NCBI RefSeq assembly: GCF_000485595.1
Contig: NW_014577075.1
Span: forward strand, 767,559 to 820,365
Origin: Priapulus caudatus
Taxonomy: Eukaryota
Reading direction: 5' to 3'
Length of the DNA: 52,807 nt
Shown here: in pieces, positions 37,187 through 47,341 of the stretch
How the letters are laid out: each line of letters opens with the position of its first letter
Numbering within the stretch: the stretch's first letter is position 1
Notes under the pieces: model-generated
Databases searched by the model: none
The model's input: only the letters and a program-made list of their open reading frames with translations
Told to the model about the DNA's origin: nothing
Position numbers and translations under genes: made by a program

Positions 37187-37766
37187 CTGCTTATAGAAAT
37201 TATGATGCGGTGCTCTAGTTATAATTATTTATTACTTACATTACCTCGCATTATGTGTTATTGCATTATGTGTTATTGCATTATGTGCTTTACCACAGTG
37301 AAATGCATTACACACAAACTGCGCAGATATCGCGCTAAAGGTGGAGTTAGTGAGTAATAATAAATAATCTTTACTATTATGATAGGTGATAGTATATTAT
37401 ATTAAAAACATGCAAAAATTTTGGTGTTTGTAGGCATATTGGCGTATCCTCACATAGCTGTACAACTGCATTAGAACAGAGTGTACATCAGGAATGGATT
37501 ACGGTTTCATATTATCAGAGTCGGTCTCCTACTCAGTCGTTCCCACCCTCGCTCCCTCTCCCCTCTACATCTCCCACACAATTCACGGCCACCCTCCGAC
37601 CTTACATGTTTCCCTACCCGCTTCCCTGCCTTATTCAACACTACCTCCCCCTCTCTACTTATTCTACCTGCTTTCCTCCACCATTAAACGTCCCTACTTT
37701 TCTCTATCCCATTCTCGCTCAGTCAGTCAGTCAGTCAGTCATGCAGTCAGGCAGGCCCATCCGGCC

Positions 37767-38002
37767 GCGAAATTTTTTTTCCCACTTGAGTTCCGGACCA
37801 CAGCAAATCAGCGCACTCCATTCCCTCGACTTCCTCGAAGCAACAATGTAAAATGAGTACCACCTATACCTAACCCTAAACCGTACACGAACCCTAATAC
37901 TAACTATAATCATATATATATAACCATATATATACGAACCATATATTACACAATACACTATCTATGGTGGGTCCGGAACTCAAGTGGGGAAAAAAATTTC
38001 GC
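37767..38002. mobile_element. MITE with CCCTAA core and 9-bp TSD (Mutator-like)
   Basis: TIRs gcgaaa(t)ncccacttgagttccggacc / ggtccggaactcaagtgggg(a)ntttcgc; core cctaaccctaa; TSD catccggcc at 37758-37766 and 38003-38011. Confidence 0.82.
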
Positions 38003-38230
38003 CATCCGGCCGTCTGTCAGCCCATCGCTAAAATTTACTAAAAGTGAGTAAAGTGGTCGCGGTGCCGCCTCAGCCGACGCTCGACGTCTTCATTACACGG
38101 GCGAAGCTGCGCATATAGCTGTTGAGCTTTTTACTTAGACGGAAATAAAAGCGTGCGCGAGTTTTCGTACAAAAAAGTTTTCGCGCGCGCTTGCCGATGC
38201 CTAATCTCCGTGTAAGTTTCGCTCGAGAGC

Positions 38231-38363
38231 CTATATAGCACGAGAGCGAGCAGGAACAGCCGTTTCACATGTTAACTCCTACATGCGCTCGCGGCAGACG
38301 CGGGGACCACCGCCAGCCGACTACGTGGTGATGACGTCAGAACGCGTAGCAGGGATGACGTGA
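38231..38363 (-). promoter_or_regulatory. Candidate SLC23 promoter (CRE plus TATA-like box)
   Basis: TGACGTCA at 38332-38339, a second TGACGT near 38356, CTATATAG at 38231-38238; about 1 kb upstream of the first identified exon. Confidence 0.3.
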
Positions 38364-38400
38364 ATGTGGGGCGGCCCTACGCCACAAACACGCACACACA

Positions 38401-38446
<46 letters not shown>

Positions 38447-39708
38447 CGCGCAAGCACATATATACGAACACAATCACACACACACACACACAATGATAAT
38501 GAACGAACGAAATAAACGAAATATATACGAATAAACACAAATAAACGCGCAGTTTCACATTATATATACGTGCTGGTTACGCGGTAATGGACAGAATCAA
38601 CGAGCAGTCAGTCGTCCCATGGCATTTAGCGAGGCATTGTCGGGAGACGACTAAATCAATTCGCCATAATAGATCGCGTTACAAACGGATGAAATCGCGG
38701 GAGATATAGCTCGTGTGGAACTGCAGTGCTGCCCCGCACGGGAAGCAATTATCCGCCATTATTTATGTATGCGGTCGGCTTCACGGTAAACCACTGGGAA
38801 AAACAAACTGTAGTTAGAGAAAATGCTACAACGCTGAGCGAGGAATCCATAAATGCTGTGATGACTGGTCGCATTTATTCTAAAAATACAAGTGACCATG
38901 CGTACTTGCATCAAAACGCAAATGGTCCTACTTTATCAGAAGTCATTGGGAAATTCACAATTTCCTACATACGAGATGCGCTTATTCGCATGTTATCGGC
39001 ACAGGTAAATAGATAGCTGGTATCCGATAGTGTTCGAACCAATCCATTTTAACAATTATAACACGTCACGGCGTCGTACACGCGCGTACCAACACGTCAC
39101 GGCGTCGTACACGCGCGCAACCACACGTCACGGCGTCGTACACGCGCATGCGCGCAGACGAGCGTGCGCCGCTTCAGTTCTCCGTAACTAGCACGTTCGT
39201 CTGCATCGCAAGCGGCGTTGCAGGCGGACGAAAATCTCACACTGCCATCACTACGGCGATCCGGCACGCGCACTGGCAATTACAGTCGATGCCGTCGTCG
39301 CTGGCAACTTTTCGCACGGTCGATCACTTGCCAGCTGTATTCACTCTCGGATAAATAGTCAGTTGAGAAGCCCTCTCGTAGCAACGCACGCACATAGAGC
39401 GCTACCACCCTCCGCTCCCGCACGAAAGACTACTTAGTCAGCTACTAACAACAACAGCTTCTAGCACGCGCGTGATCGGCGTTAGGCTCGGCACTACAGC
39501 ACCACCAGCTACCCGAATTAGAATGCTAGGGTTGCTGAGGAGCATTATATAGGTCATGCCTAGCAAAGCCGATGTCGGCAACAGGGTACACAATTCGGCG
39601 CGGTAATTGTTTCAACTCTTTCGGCGCGTCGAAAACGACTCGCCTGCCCCGCTAAGCGAATAAACCTACAACGGCACATCGTGCGCCGTGTTCGTCTCAA
39701 CATGGACC

Positions 39709-39908
39709 TAGAGCACGGCGCACCCGTGAGTTATTTTACTCAAGGAAAATGACGCATGAGTCATTTTACTCACGTGCGCGGCGGATTTTCGTTGAGTAAT
39801 TTGACGCATGCGTCATTTTACTCACGTGTGCGACGGATTTTCGTTGAGTAATTTGACTCATGCGCCATTTTACTTGAGTAGAATAACTCACGTGTGCGAC
39901 GGGCTTTA
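39709..39908. mobile_element. MITE-like foldback with internal tandem duplication
   Basis: tagagcacggcgcacccgtgagttattttactcaag vs cttgagtagaataactcacgtgtgcgacgggcttta; two internal copies of cattttactcacgtg...gattttcgttgagtaatttgac. Confidence 0.65.
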
Positions 39909-40080
39909 ACACAGGGTAGCCGGCGAAGAAATGGAGAGCGGCATAATAAGAAACACTGGGCGTGCACACAGGATAGCAAGTCCTCACTTTTTGAGGCATT
40001 GCACGCCATCGCGGGCCACGTTCAGTGTAAGTAACCACAGCGTGACTTCACGCGGTTAAAAGGCGCTTGGGAAATTATGG

Positions 40081-41191
40081 TAAACTAGAGAGGGCAGTTG
40101 TCGCCAACTACATGTATCCCCCGTGTTCTCCCCAAGATGTGCAAGTATACGAAGTTTGGTCGCGCTAGGTCAATTAAGGGCTTGAAAGTTAGAGCAGAAG
40201 GAAAATATGATAAAGGTCAAGGTTAAGGGTCAAATAAAGGTTGTGGTGACCTGGTTTCGGTACGCGAACACCTTCTCCCCAAGATTGTAAGTATACCAAG
40301 TTTGGTCGCGCTAGTCAATTAGGGCGCGAGTATAGAGTGGTAAGAAATATGATCAAGGTCAAGGTCAAGGTCAAATAAAAGCCGCAGTGACCTTGTTTTG
40401 GTACACGACACACCTTCTCCCAAGATGTGTAAGTATACCAAGTTTTGGTCGCGCTAGGTCAATTAGGTGTAGGAGAGCGCAGGCTCTCGCATTCCCACAC
40501 TCCCTGCACCCTCGCGGGGTCGGGGATGGGTAATATTCCCCAGGCATCATCTCGCTCTACCCCTCTTTCGCAAAGTCGCATTTTAGCCTAGCCTCCACAT
40601 CCGATTCCCAACTCTCCTTCTTCGAGCTACCTTTCGCCAATCTACCTTACCTCACCCGCCGAGCGCCTCCGCGAATCGCAACTCTAAGGTACGACAGTAT
40701 ACTGTATTCAATTACGCGTCACGCGCGGCGAGTCTTACGACGCGGAGACATCTGTATAGTATCATATGATTGTGTTTGACTAGAGTGAAATAGACGCACG
40801 AAGAGTAGCTTTCATAATACTGGCTTTCTGTTATCTATCGACGCAACAACCTGTCACTACCCTTAAGGCGACTACCTCGCACATGCCAAACCGTGAACCT
40901 GGTAACGGGAGTTGAAGGACTGACTTATATAGGGGCCGAGTTAGAGAGCGGAAGGAAATATGATCAAAGGTCAAGGATAAAGTCAAATAAAGGTCGCAGT
41001 GACCTGGTTTTGATACGCTCCTCACCTTCTCCCCAAGATGTGTAAGTATACCAAAGTTTGGTCACGCTAGCGTCAATTAGGGTCGAGTTATAGAGCGGAA
41101 GGGAAATTCTCTGCGGCGGACCGAGCGGCGGCGGCTGGGGAGATATGAAACCATAGTATCCCCACCGACTTCGTCGCGGGGGATACAATAA
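40081..41191 (-). mobile_element. Non-autonomous Helentron/DINE-1 (HINE)-like element with ~140-bp internal tandem repeats and a nested insert
   Basis: Subterminal inverted repeats tgtatccccc / gggggataca; hairpin gtatcccc..cgacttcgtcg..ggggatac at one end; short stem agttg-tcgc-caact and aaactag at the other; ggtcaaggtca-rich tandem units. Confidence 0.7.
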
Positions 41192-41711
41192 ACACAAAAT
41201 GTGTTTGTTACCAAAGTCTTAATGTCTATGTGCTCTCCATCGCCTAATAATTCCACGTAAATGGCGTTAAAATGGTTGTCTCCAACAACTGTATGGTGTT
41301 GCTTTAGTTTTTTTCATTGATCAGCTTGCTGTCATCCCATATTAATATTGTCATCCTTACTCTTTGGTTTATTGCAAAATTTAAGCTTTTTCTACTGCAA
41401 TCCGTAGTATGACCTGTTTATTTGATCAACATTAACTTTGAACTTGATAAAGTCCCTTTGACTTTGAAGACTAGTCTTTTTGAGGTTATGAAGTTACATG
41501 CAACGTCAATATAGAGGATGGCATCATAGATATAGAATAGAACTTAGAAGAAACTGCTGCTGGCGCTACAAATAGTCAATAACAGTGTCACATATTGGAA
41601 CAAGATTAGCTAGTGAAATCCCTCACGAGTCTGTAATTAGTTCAATAAAGATAATCGTTGATATAACAATCATAATGGATGTAAAATTGCATTTGCCAGC
41701 ATAGTAGTCTA

Positions 41712-42011
41712 ACCTCCGTATGAAAGCCAGCGTATACCGACGTACGAAAAATTTGGTGAATACGCTGGCGTACGTCGAATAAGCTTTGGGTAAGCTTTGT
41801 ATAAGTTAAGAGCACGCTGAAGCACGCTGAAGCACGCTGGTATACGTCATAGTACGGAGAGCGCATCGGAAAATGCGAGTGCGTCGGAAAAACCAGCGTG
41901 CTTCAGCGTGCTCTTAACTTATACAAAGCTTACCCATAACTTATTCGACGTACGCCAGCGTATTCACCAAATTTTCCATACGTCGGTATACGCTGGCATT
42001 CATACGAAGGT
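41712..42011. mobile_element. Palindromic MITE (~120-bp arms)
   Basis: acctccgtatgaaagccagcgtataccgacgta... mirrored by ...tacgtcggtatacgctggcattcatacgaaggt. Confidence 0.75.
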
Positions 42012-42494
42012 GTGACAGCGCCATAATGGAGATTCTGAAAATTATTAATATCACGCCTTGCAATCGCAATGTACAAATGACACATATCAAATTGTAGATA
42101 GCTATCAACTGATAATCATATCTAATTATATTATTTGTTAAGAAAATATGCACTGGTACACTTCTTATGTTCACAGTAATAGGTATTACTGAAATGTGAA
42201 GTACAATGTTTTTCTGTAATAAATCAGACTTGTGCACTTTGTTTCGTGAATAACCTCTCATTTGACACTTAATAAGTCCACACTTCTGATTCCTCACGAT
42301 CTATATTAATATTATTTAATGTTACAGGGTGCAAGATGTTAATTATGGATAGCCAAACAAAACAACGAACAGTTGGTTCCTTCACGCAAAACTGAAGTTT
42401 GTGTATTGTAAAACTAATATTGCATAAGACAGAAAAATAAATTAATTTTTCAGTCCACCAAACTAAACATGTTCATCATTAATACAATATCTCT

Positions 42495-43159
42495 GGCATA
42501 GTAGGCCCATTGATTATGCAATGTTGACGAATGCTAGAGTAACTGGCACCTTGTGTAGTTAATAAGTACATAACCTTATAGCCAAACACGTATTAGTTTG
42601 TCCAATATCACTGCTGGTTACATTACAAACAAGACTTGAAATCGGTTGTTGATATGTATCAACGTATCATTTACGTGCCGTAAATGTCATCCAGGAGTCA
42701 AGCAATGACGTAAACATTTGTGCGGCCCATATGTTTTGAACGCCAGATGAAATCGAGGTGTCAGCGGTGTAACCACGGACACAGACTAAACATGGAAATG
42801 GAGTAAAACACACGTACTAATCACGGACGCACGTGGACAGCCCTGACAAAAAGTTCCTTATCACGAGCGTCCATGTTTACGAAACCACTGATGATAGCAT
42901 TGCGTACGGCCAAGCATGCGTGCGAAAATTTCCGGTGCACTATAAATCTGTATCACACCCGCTTCGCCGGCAGCGGTTTGAAACTGTAAACAACTCATTT
43001 TTGAACTGCGGATTTCAATTAAACATTTCTTAGTAACCAGCAGTGATATTGGACAAACTCATACGCGTTTGGATGTAAGGTTATGTACTTATTAACTACA
43101 CAAGGTGCCAGTTACTCTAGCATTCGTCAACATTGCATAATCAATGGGCCTAGTATGCC
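42495..43159. mobile_element. Non-autonomous TIR element with ~125-bp arms
   Basis: 42495-42621 is the reverse complement of 43033-43159 (ggcatagtaggcccattgattatgcaatg...). Confidence 0.8.
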
Positions 43160-43587
43160 TTTAACAGACAAAACATTGCCTACGTTAATTGAAAACAATT
43201 CATGTAAATAAGGTTGAAACTTGGGCACTTCACCCAATGAATCAAACTAATTTTCGTTACCTACACACAAGAATTGTTAATCAACATAACATTATATCAT
43301 TGTGACATACATTAGATGATCTTACTGCTGAGCGATTCAACACATTGATGGTAGTATTTGAAACAACACCACACACATTTATATGTATCCCAGCTTTAAA
43401 CATTTATTTAATTCTAGTATGAATGTTGCCCATCTTGACTAGACATGGCAGATGTATGGTATATTTGATCAAGTGTTATCTGCCTATGCTCCTCCCATTG
43501 TTATCGCAGCTCCTGATTGGCTTGTATCTCACAATGGTGCAACATCACAGTGGTTTCACAGAAACGCACATGCGTCTAACATGCATG

Positions 43588-43716
43588 CTAGCTCTTCTTC
43601 TTCGGTTGTGGATATCGCTTCAAAAGACTATTGAGATGTTGCGAGGGTAATCGACCACCAATAGCCTCTTTGATAATACCCTTCGCCTCGTCGGCTTTCT
43701 TCTTAGATTCGGTTTT
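43588..43716 (-). CDS. CHCHD1: CHCHD1 terminal coding exon
   Basis: ttacag|KTESKKKADEAKGIIKEAIGGRLPSQHLNSLLKRYPQPKKKS*; phase 0 fits; matches the CHCHD1 C-terminal LN-x-LL-x-R-[FY]-P pattern. Confidence 0.82.
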   Translation of the reverse strand, partial: KTESKKKADEAKGIIKEAIGGRLPSQHLNSLLKRYPQPKKKS

Positions 43717-44193
43717 CTGTAAGCACCAGAATGTTTAATAGGCATGGAGAACATCATATACTGACATCTATAGTAAGTTTACAAATGAATTAAATTGGGT
43801 ACATATTAACAAAACCAGTTAGGAACCATGGCATTGAATTTTCTATTCAACTATCATATCATTCTATTCTAAGATGTGCTTTGCAAACAAACTATGTGGC
43901 AAAGTATGCAGTAAAATATTCCTGGCTATTGAGTTTGGATGGTTACTGAAAAGGTATGCAGCTATATGGATTGATGCCTATGTTGCTGAGTTAACCTATG
44001 GTTGCACTGGAACATCTATCAGTTACCTAATTTTATGTGAAGTCAAATACAATGATGTATATATACCAAAGAACAAAAAAGGAGACGCATAGAGATTAGT
44101 ACATATATTTAGTTTAAGTTATAAGTACTTTACTGGGGACATAGATGCATTTACCAGCACAACACCTAGACGCTACATGAAATAGAAACTTAC

Positions 44194-44312
44194 CAAATGG
44201 CTGTTATAGCATGTTTCAAATGCTGTGATCTCAGCTGTGCAAATATCCTGGCTGAACTCATTCTGTTTCATGCAGGAGAGCATCAATGTCAGCTCATTTA
44301 TACATACTTTTC
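44194..44312 (-). CDS. CHCHD1: CHCHD1 (mitoribosomal protein mS37) exon with twin CX9C motif
   Basis: ttttcag|(x)KVCINELTLMLSCMKQNEFSQDICTAEITAFETCYNSHL|gtaagt; C-x9-C-x10-C-x9-C spacing with the C-x-KQNEF stretch I recall from CHCHD1. Confidence 0.85.
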
Positions 44313-45240
44313 CTGAAAACATTCAACATTATATCAGGAGTGAATTAATGCAAAGGAATGGACAAGGCTATATTATTGGAAATCCAAAGTTTGCTAGCCC
44401 AAATATAGTTAAAGATTTAGTGAGTGTAACTCAACAACCCTGAACTCGGAATCCACTGCAAACATTCCCCTTGCATTGTAGGCAATTGGTTTCCCATACA
44501 CTTTCATATTCAGCAGATATACCTAAAAATGCACAACACAGTTTTCAAAGATTTGCGCCATAACATGAGAGGTGCATACATGTACGTTATTTCAAACAAA
44601 ACACTGTTTTGTGCATTTATCCAGTGACATCAGAAGCTAGGTTGGTTTGGGGAGTCTACCAATTCCTATGCAATTACTTCATACCCGATAATATGTGGAC
44701 TTAGCTTTACTTTAGCTCTAGCATTATAGGTTCCACCACTACCCATTACAGATTCATGTAGTGTGAAATGATGGATGCTACCGTTAGGTTTAAATTAACA
44801 ACTATTATACTGTCTGCAGGAAATGCCAAATCTAAAGAATTATTTCTTTGTCTATTAGAATGTATTTAAACTCTCTATTATCGTCTTTTAAAACGAAGAT
44901 GATGGAGTGAACCATCATTTCAATATGCTACGACAGCCTTTGATAAAGTTTTAGTGATCAAGTTCAATAAACTGTAGATATGTACGCTGGCACTGAATGA
45001 TATTGCTCTGTGCTACTACGTTCTACTCTGAAATATTGAGAGTGTCTGTTGGCTTGCCTTTCTATTATATTTGCAGTGTCAAAGTCAATGAATTTTTTTT
45101 AATGTAATTTTCCTTTGGGATTAACAGGGAGGGATGGGACGAACCACTCAATCACGTTGTAGAGGTTTGGTGACCCTGTGTCGTGGGTTGGAAGGTTTAC
45201 ACTGGCTAGCATCTTATTATGGCTGATAGGGTCTATGTCT

Positions 45241-45312
45241 CCCTGGGTACTGCCGGAACGTACCCTGGGTACTGCCGGAATGTAACCTGGGTACTGCCGG
45301 AACGTACCCTGG
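45241..45312. repeat. 22-bp tandem repeat, three copies
   Basis: ccctgggtactgccggaacgta units. Confidence 0.85.
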
Positions 45313-45504
45313 TAACTATCTAATATGCCGGACCATACCTCGCCTACTCCAAACCGTACCCAGTTTTCAGCCCCCTCGACCGACTGTTGGCAGGAAGCGT
45401 ACCGCTTTACGGCAATAGTCTAGGCTTGTTTCCGGTACATGTGGTGCATTTCCCGCACGACAATACGTTTCCAACTCCCCATCTTCGCTCTTCGTAACCC
45501 TTAC

Positions 45505-45615
45505 CCTGTTGCGTTTCACCTCCCGACCCTTTCTACAAATGTCAGCGAGTCTATACATTTCCAACCCATTAAGATAATCATACACATTTTCCTGTTCCAC
45601 AACACTTGCCACCAT
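45505..45615 (-). CDS. Candidate first coding exon of CHCHD1 (phase mismatch of 1 nt)
   Basis: caagATGgtggc start, strong donor agg|gtaagg, 37 codons, preceded by two GCGCATGCG motifs; ends in phase 0 whereas the next exon needs phase 1. Confidence 0.3.
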
Positions 45616-45683
45616 CTTGCAAAAATCTCGCATGCGCAGTGTACGCATGCGCGAAAATGTCGTAAACATTACGAAAGGAATTC

Positions 45684-45805
45684 TGGCGTGCGAACGCGTG
45701 ACGTCACCGGTATTGTATATACATGCACCATAGCTGCCATGTGTTTTAGCTACATATCCGGTGCATGTATATACAATACCGGTGACATCACGCGTTCGCA
45801 CGCCA
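45684..45805. repeat. Inverted repeat with ~46-bp arms
   Basis: tggcgtgcgaacgcgtgacgtcaccggtattgtatatacatgcacc / ggtgcatgtatatacaataccggtgacatcacgcgttcgcacgcca. Confidence 0.85.
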
Positions 45806-46852
45806 AAATATTTTCAAACAGGATTGCCAGTAGTGCTTACTTTGTGGAATAAAAGGATAAATACATGGTGTAAAGTTGTGTGAAGTGTTCAAAAAAATAG
45901 GTGAGATGTCCATGTAATATTGCTCGCTCGCTCTCCCTTTTCGTACTCCCTCGCGCTCTCTCGTTCTCTCAACCTCTCTCGTTGTCTATCGCAATCTTTA
46001 TAGCACATTGTAAATGACTTTCGCGTTACCAAAACAACTCGCCAAAACAACATACAGTTGCGTGACTTTAGCGTGACCTTACAGGAAACTCACGTACGTA
46101 CATACATAGATTCGCGAAATATAATATACTCATGACCGCCGCAAGAAATATTTTAAATCATTAAGACCGTAGCTCATTACTTGGCGGGGTGACAGATGGA
46201 AATTTTGTTAGTGTTGATGTCTGCGCCGAGGAAGCCTTGATCGTAGATTCCTCGATACCCCCGTAGCGTATGTATCGGTAACGGCCAGTACAGAAATAAT
46301 TAGACGCACTAAGCCTGTCCTACGTCAAACGAACCGTCGCAAGGAATTCGGTTTCCTCTTCGCAGCTGTGCATAAGCGATTCGCCTTCGCTTACTATCCT
46401 ATCGCATCTGAAAATCATTTGCCCGAGCAGCGTTTTTGCTAATTGTATGCTCGGTTATAAGTCGGCCGATGCCGATAGACGCCGCGGCATGACGACGCGG
46501 GGGCAACAGCTGCCGAGTCGCACGCCGCCGTCGCGCACGCGTTACAACAACACCGCATCGCATGCGATGCCGCCGCGTCGATCGGCACTATAACTGCTTA
46601 CCGAGACCATCGTCGCTGTCCGAGTCGTCGTTCATCGTCGTTCGTCGCCTCGTCCTACAGCTGGATCTCAGCCGATGACTGTGTGTCCATTCCACGACAG
46701 TGTCGCCACGAGGCAGGCTCGGCTCCGTGTACTCCCAGTGTTATCGCGCTATGCGGCGGCACTGCGCACCCAAGCTGAGAGAAGCCCGTCGATCGGTGTG
46801 CGGCCAGCACAATAGCATCCTCTCACGGAGAGAGGCAGAGACGAGGCTGCAT

Positions 46853-47330
46853 CAATACGTCACGGCGTCGTACATGCGCGTACCAACACGTCACGGCGTC
46901 GTACACGCGCGTACCAACACGTCACGGCGTCGTACACGCGCGCCCAAGCAACACGTCACGGGCGCGTACATGCGGCAGCGGCAACAAACGTACGGCGTCG
47001 TAACACCGCGTACCAGACACCGTCACGGCGTCGTACCCGAGCGCGCACAAAAAGCGTCACGGCGCCGTACACGCGCGAAACCAACACGTCACGGCGTTCG
47101 TACACGCCGCGTAACGCAACACGTCACGGCGTCGTACATCCGCGAACCAACACGTCACGGCGTCGTACACGCGCGACCAACACGTCACGGGCGGGTCGTA
47201 CACGCGCTTTACCAAAACAACCGGTTTTCACGCCGGCGTCGCCGCGCCGGCAACACAGTCAGCGCGCGTACACCGCGTAACACGTACTCACACGGGTACA
47301 CAAGTGCAACGGTCGTACGCCACACGCAGG
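46853..47330. repeat. CpG-rich ~31-bp minisatellite (three copies also at 39061-39147)
   Basis: Unit accaacacgtcacggcgtcgtacacgcgcgt, increasingly degenerate rightwards. Confidence 0.85.
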
Positions 47331-47341
47331 CATCAGCGCGC

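Noticed and set aside
46180..46408. Exon-like minus-strand segment bounded by ttttcag and gtaatg
   Set aside because: It has an in-frame TAG and no recognisable homology, and it lies in a region of doubtful sequence quality.
46853..47330. ~31-bp repeats as a CRISPR array, and the 283-aa ORF 46700-47551 as a gene
   Set aside because: The units are head-to-tail with no unique spacers, there are no cas genes and the context is eukaryotic. The ORF is a translation of a stop-poor minisatellite.
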